Assembly (NCBI RefSeq): GCF_018350175.1
Contig: NC_058373.1
Location: 115,632,001-115,696,000 of the forward strand
Source: Felis catus
Lineage: Eukaryota
Reading direction: 5' to 3'
DNA: 64,000 nt
The position numbers were made by a program, and so were the translations under genes. Positions 61,910 to 64,000 of the stretch are shown in pieces. The stretch's first letter is position 1, and each line of letters begins with the position of its first letter. The notes beneath the pieces were generated by a model. The model was given only the letters and a program-made list of their open reading frames with translations. It did no database searches and was not told the origin of the DNA.

Positions 61910-62302
61910 TGTTTATTTTTATTATTTTTTATTTTTAAATATAATTAATTGTCAAGTTGGCTAACATACAGTGTGTAAAGTATGCTCTTGGTTTTGGGGT
62001 AGATTCCCATGGTTCATCGCTTACGTACAACACCCTGTGCTCAACCCAACAAGTCCCCTCACCCTCAATGCCCATCACCCATTTTCCCCTCTCCTGCCCC
62101 CCCATCTACCCTCAATTTGTTTTCTGTATTTAAGAGTCTCTTATGGTTTGCCTCCCTCCCTCTCTTTTTGTAACTATTTTTTCCCCTCCCCTTCCCCCAT
62201 GGTCTTCTGTTAAGTTTCTCAAGATACACATATGAGTGAAAACATAAGATATCTGTCCTTCTCTGACTGACTTACTTCACTCAGCATAGTACCTTCCAGT
62301 TC
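61910..62302 (-). mobile_element. Carnivore/felid L1 3' end (5'-truncated)
   Basis: gtcaagttggctaacatacagtgtgtaaag...ttaagagtctcttatggtttgcctccctccc...ccttctctgactgacttacttcactcagcata. Confidence 0.85.
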
Positions 62303-62709
62303 AGGCAGCTCTCTTCCAAATGGGATTCAGGGACCCAGGTTACTTCCATATTGTATGGCCTTCATCTTTAATCCAAAGTTGTCATGGGGTTGTTTCTACC
62401 TCCATTCCTGCCAGATCAAATGGGAAAATGAGCATGAAGGATTTTAAGTGAAAGAATTTTGAGTGGGAAGATTTTTATGAGCCCAGGCTGGAAGTTCCAT
62501 CATCAATTTAACCCACATTCCACCGACCAGAATTTAGTAGTTTATGCCACCAGAGACATGAATGAAAAACTTGAACTGAAGGAGTTACATGTTCCTAGAA
62601 TGTTTCATGTTTTTATGGCCCCTTGACAAAATTATTCTGAAAGTTATCTAGAAGGAAAAATAAGGGCAAAAACAGTCAAAAACTTCTCAAAATAAAAATG
62701 ATGATGATG

Positions 62710-62925
62710 GGGGCGCCTGGGTGGCTCAGTCGGTTAAGCTGAGTCTGACCTCAGCTCAGGTCATGATCTCACGGTTCGGTTCGTGAGTTCGAGCCCCGCA
62801 TTGGGCTCTGTGCTGACAGCTCAGAGCCTGGAGTTGGCTTCAGATTCTGTGTCTCCCTCTCTTTCTGCCCCTCCCCTGCTCATGCTCTGTCTCTCTCTCT
62901 CTCAAAAATAAATAAACGTTTAAAA
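62710..62925 (+). mobile_element. CanSINE
   Basis: TSD AAA(A/G)TGATGATGA. Confidence 0.93.
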
Positions 62926-63037
62926 ATTTCAAAAGTGATGATGACAAATAAGTGCATGGAGGGGGTATTTTCAGTATCATATATAATATTAAAAGTTTAC
63001 AATATTGAAATCAGAATGAAACTCATATCAAAAATAG

Positions 63038-63066
<29 letters not shown>
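63038..63066. repeat. (CA)n microsatellite
   Basis: Directly visible. Confidence 0.93.
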
Positions 63067-63069
<3 letters not shown>

Positions 63070-64000
63070 TAGAGTTCAGAAAGTGACTTAAGTATGAATT
63101 AGAAATTGCTTTGAGTAGAATAAATGGGCTTTGCTTCCAAAGCCAATATATGACATGCATTCCCTTTAAAGGGTCCTACCTGGGGTTTGCACTGACTTTG
63201 GCCTCAATGAATTGTTGATGTTTTTCATTATCTGCTAGCCAACACCTCCATCCAGACCTTACTGCCCTTTTATTCAACAATAGGAAGAAGCCACCCGCTT
63301 ATACTTGGGTGAAGCATGTTCAATGTCTTTGTCTGGGTAGTGCTTACACAGGTAGTTACCCATGTAAAAATCCATCAGGCTGTATGTACATTTAAGATTT
63401 GTCAAGTTTATTTTATGTAAATTATACCTCAAAGAAAGATATTTTAAAAAGAAAAAAGTAGAATGACCTTTGAGCATTTATAACCAGGGGATCTGATTAA
63501 GCCTGGATAATTAAGAAGACTTTGCTGGGCAAGTAACATATGAGCTAGAATTTGAAGTGCAAGATGCTGTTAAACAGGCAGAAGGCAAGGCAGACCATTC
63601 TGGATAGAAGGGCCAGCATGTATGAAGGCCCTGTATTGTAAAGTGTCTTGTAGAGGCATTCATCTATATGGTCTTTTAGAACTTTTATAGAGTTGCCTTT
63701 GACATTTAGATTCTTAAACCATCTGATATTAATTTTTGCGTATAATGTGAGGTATGGGTATAATTTTATTTTCCGTCATATAGATAACCAATTATGCCAG
63801 CCCTGTTTGGTAACAAATAATCCTTTTCTACTGATCTGCTATGCTAACTCTATCATATACCACGTTTCAGTATTTGTGTCTCTTTCCAGGCTTTCATTTT
63901 ATTCAACTAGACTCTTTACATCTCCACCAATGTCACACCATCCTTAATTACTATAGCTGTATAAAGACTCTTCATATCTTGTAGGTATGTCTATTCATCT

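Noticed and set aside
3683..62925. tRNA-like A/B boxes (TGGCTCAGTCGG, GTTCGAGCC) and dispersed near-identical repeats
   Set aside because: They are tRNA-derived SINE heads followed by a (CT)n linker, poly-A and TSDs; not tRNA genes and not a CRISPR-like array.

Overview
Mammalian genomic DNA, almost certainly from a felid, because it is dense in young tRNA-derived CanSINEs of the SINEC_Fc type. The window holds the 5' end of SLC8A3 (Na+/Ca2+ exchanger NCX3) on the minus strand. It has a CpG-island promoter and non-coding exon 1 (donor after 33632), an intron 1 of about 20 kb, and a 1846-nt exon 2 (13677..11832, ATG at 13615, 594 full codons plus 2 nt). Intron 2 runs off the left edge. The rest is intronic or upstream intergenic DNA made of CanSINEs, L1/L2/L3/MIR remnants, MLT1 LTRs, hAT MITEs and microsatellites. 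I found no convincing novel gene system. The best leads are: (1) a chain of stop/start-coupled uORFs in exon 1, plus a tandem alternative donor that would create a uORF overlapping the NCX3 start; (2) exon 2 geometry suited to back-splicing, with a predictable 660-aa circle-encoded product; (3) a near full-length fossil hAT-Blackjack-like transposon with readable transposase motifs, nested in a MIR; (4) repeated re-insertion of SINEs at an identical target site, in age order. Repeat family names come from recalled consensus sequences, not from a database search.
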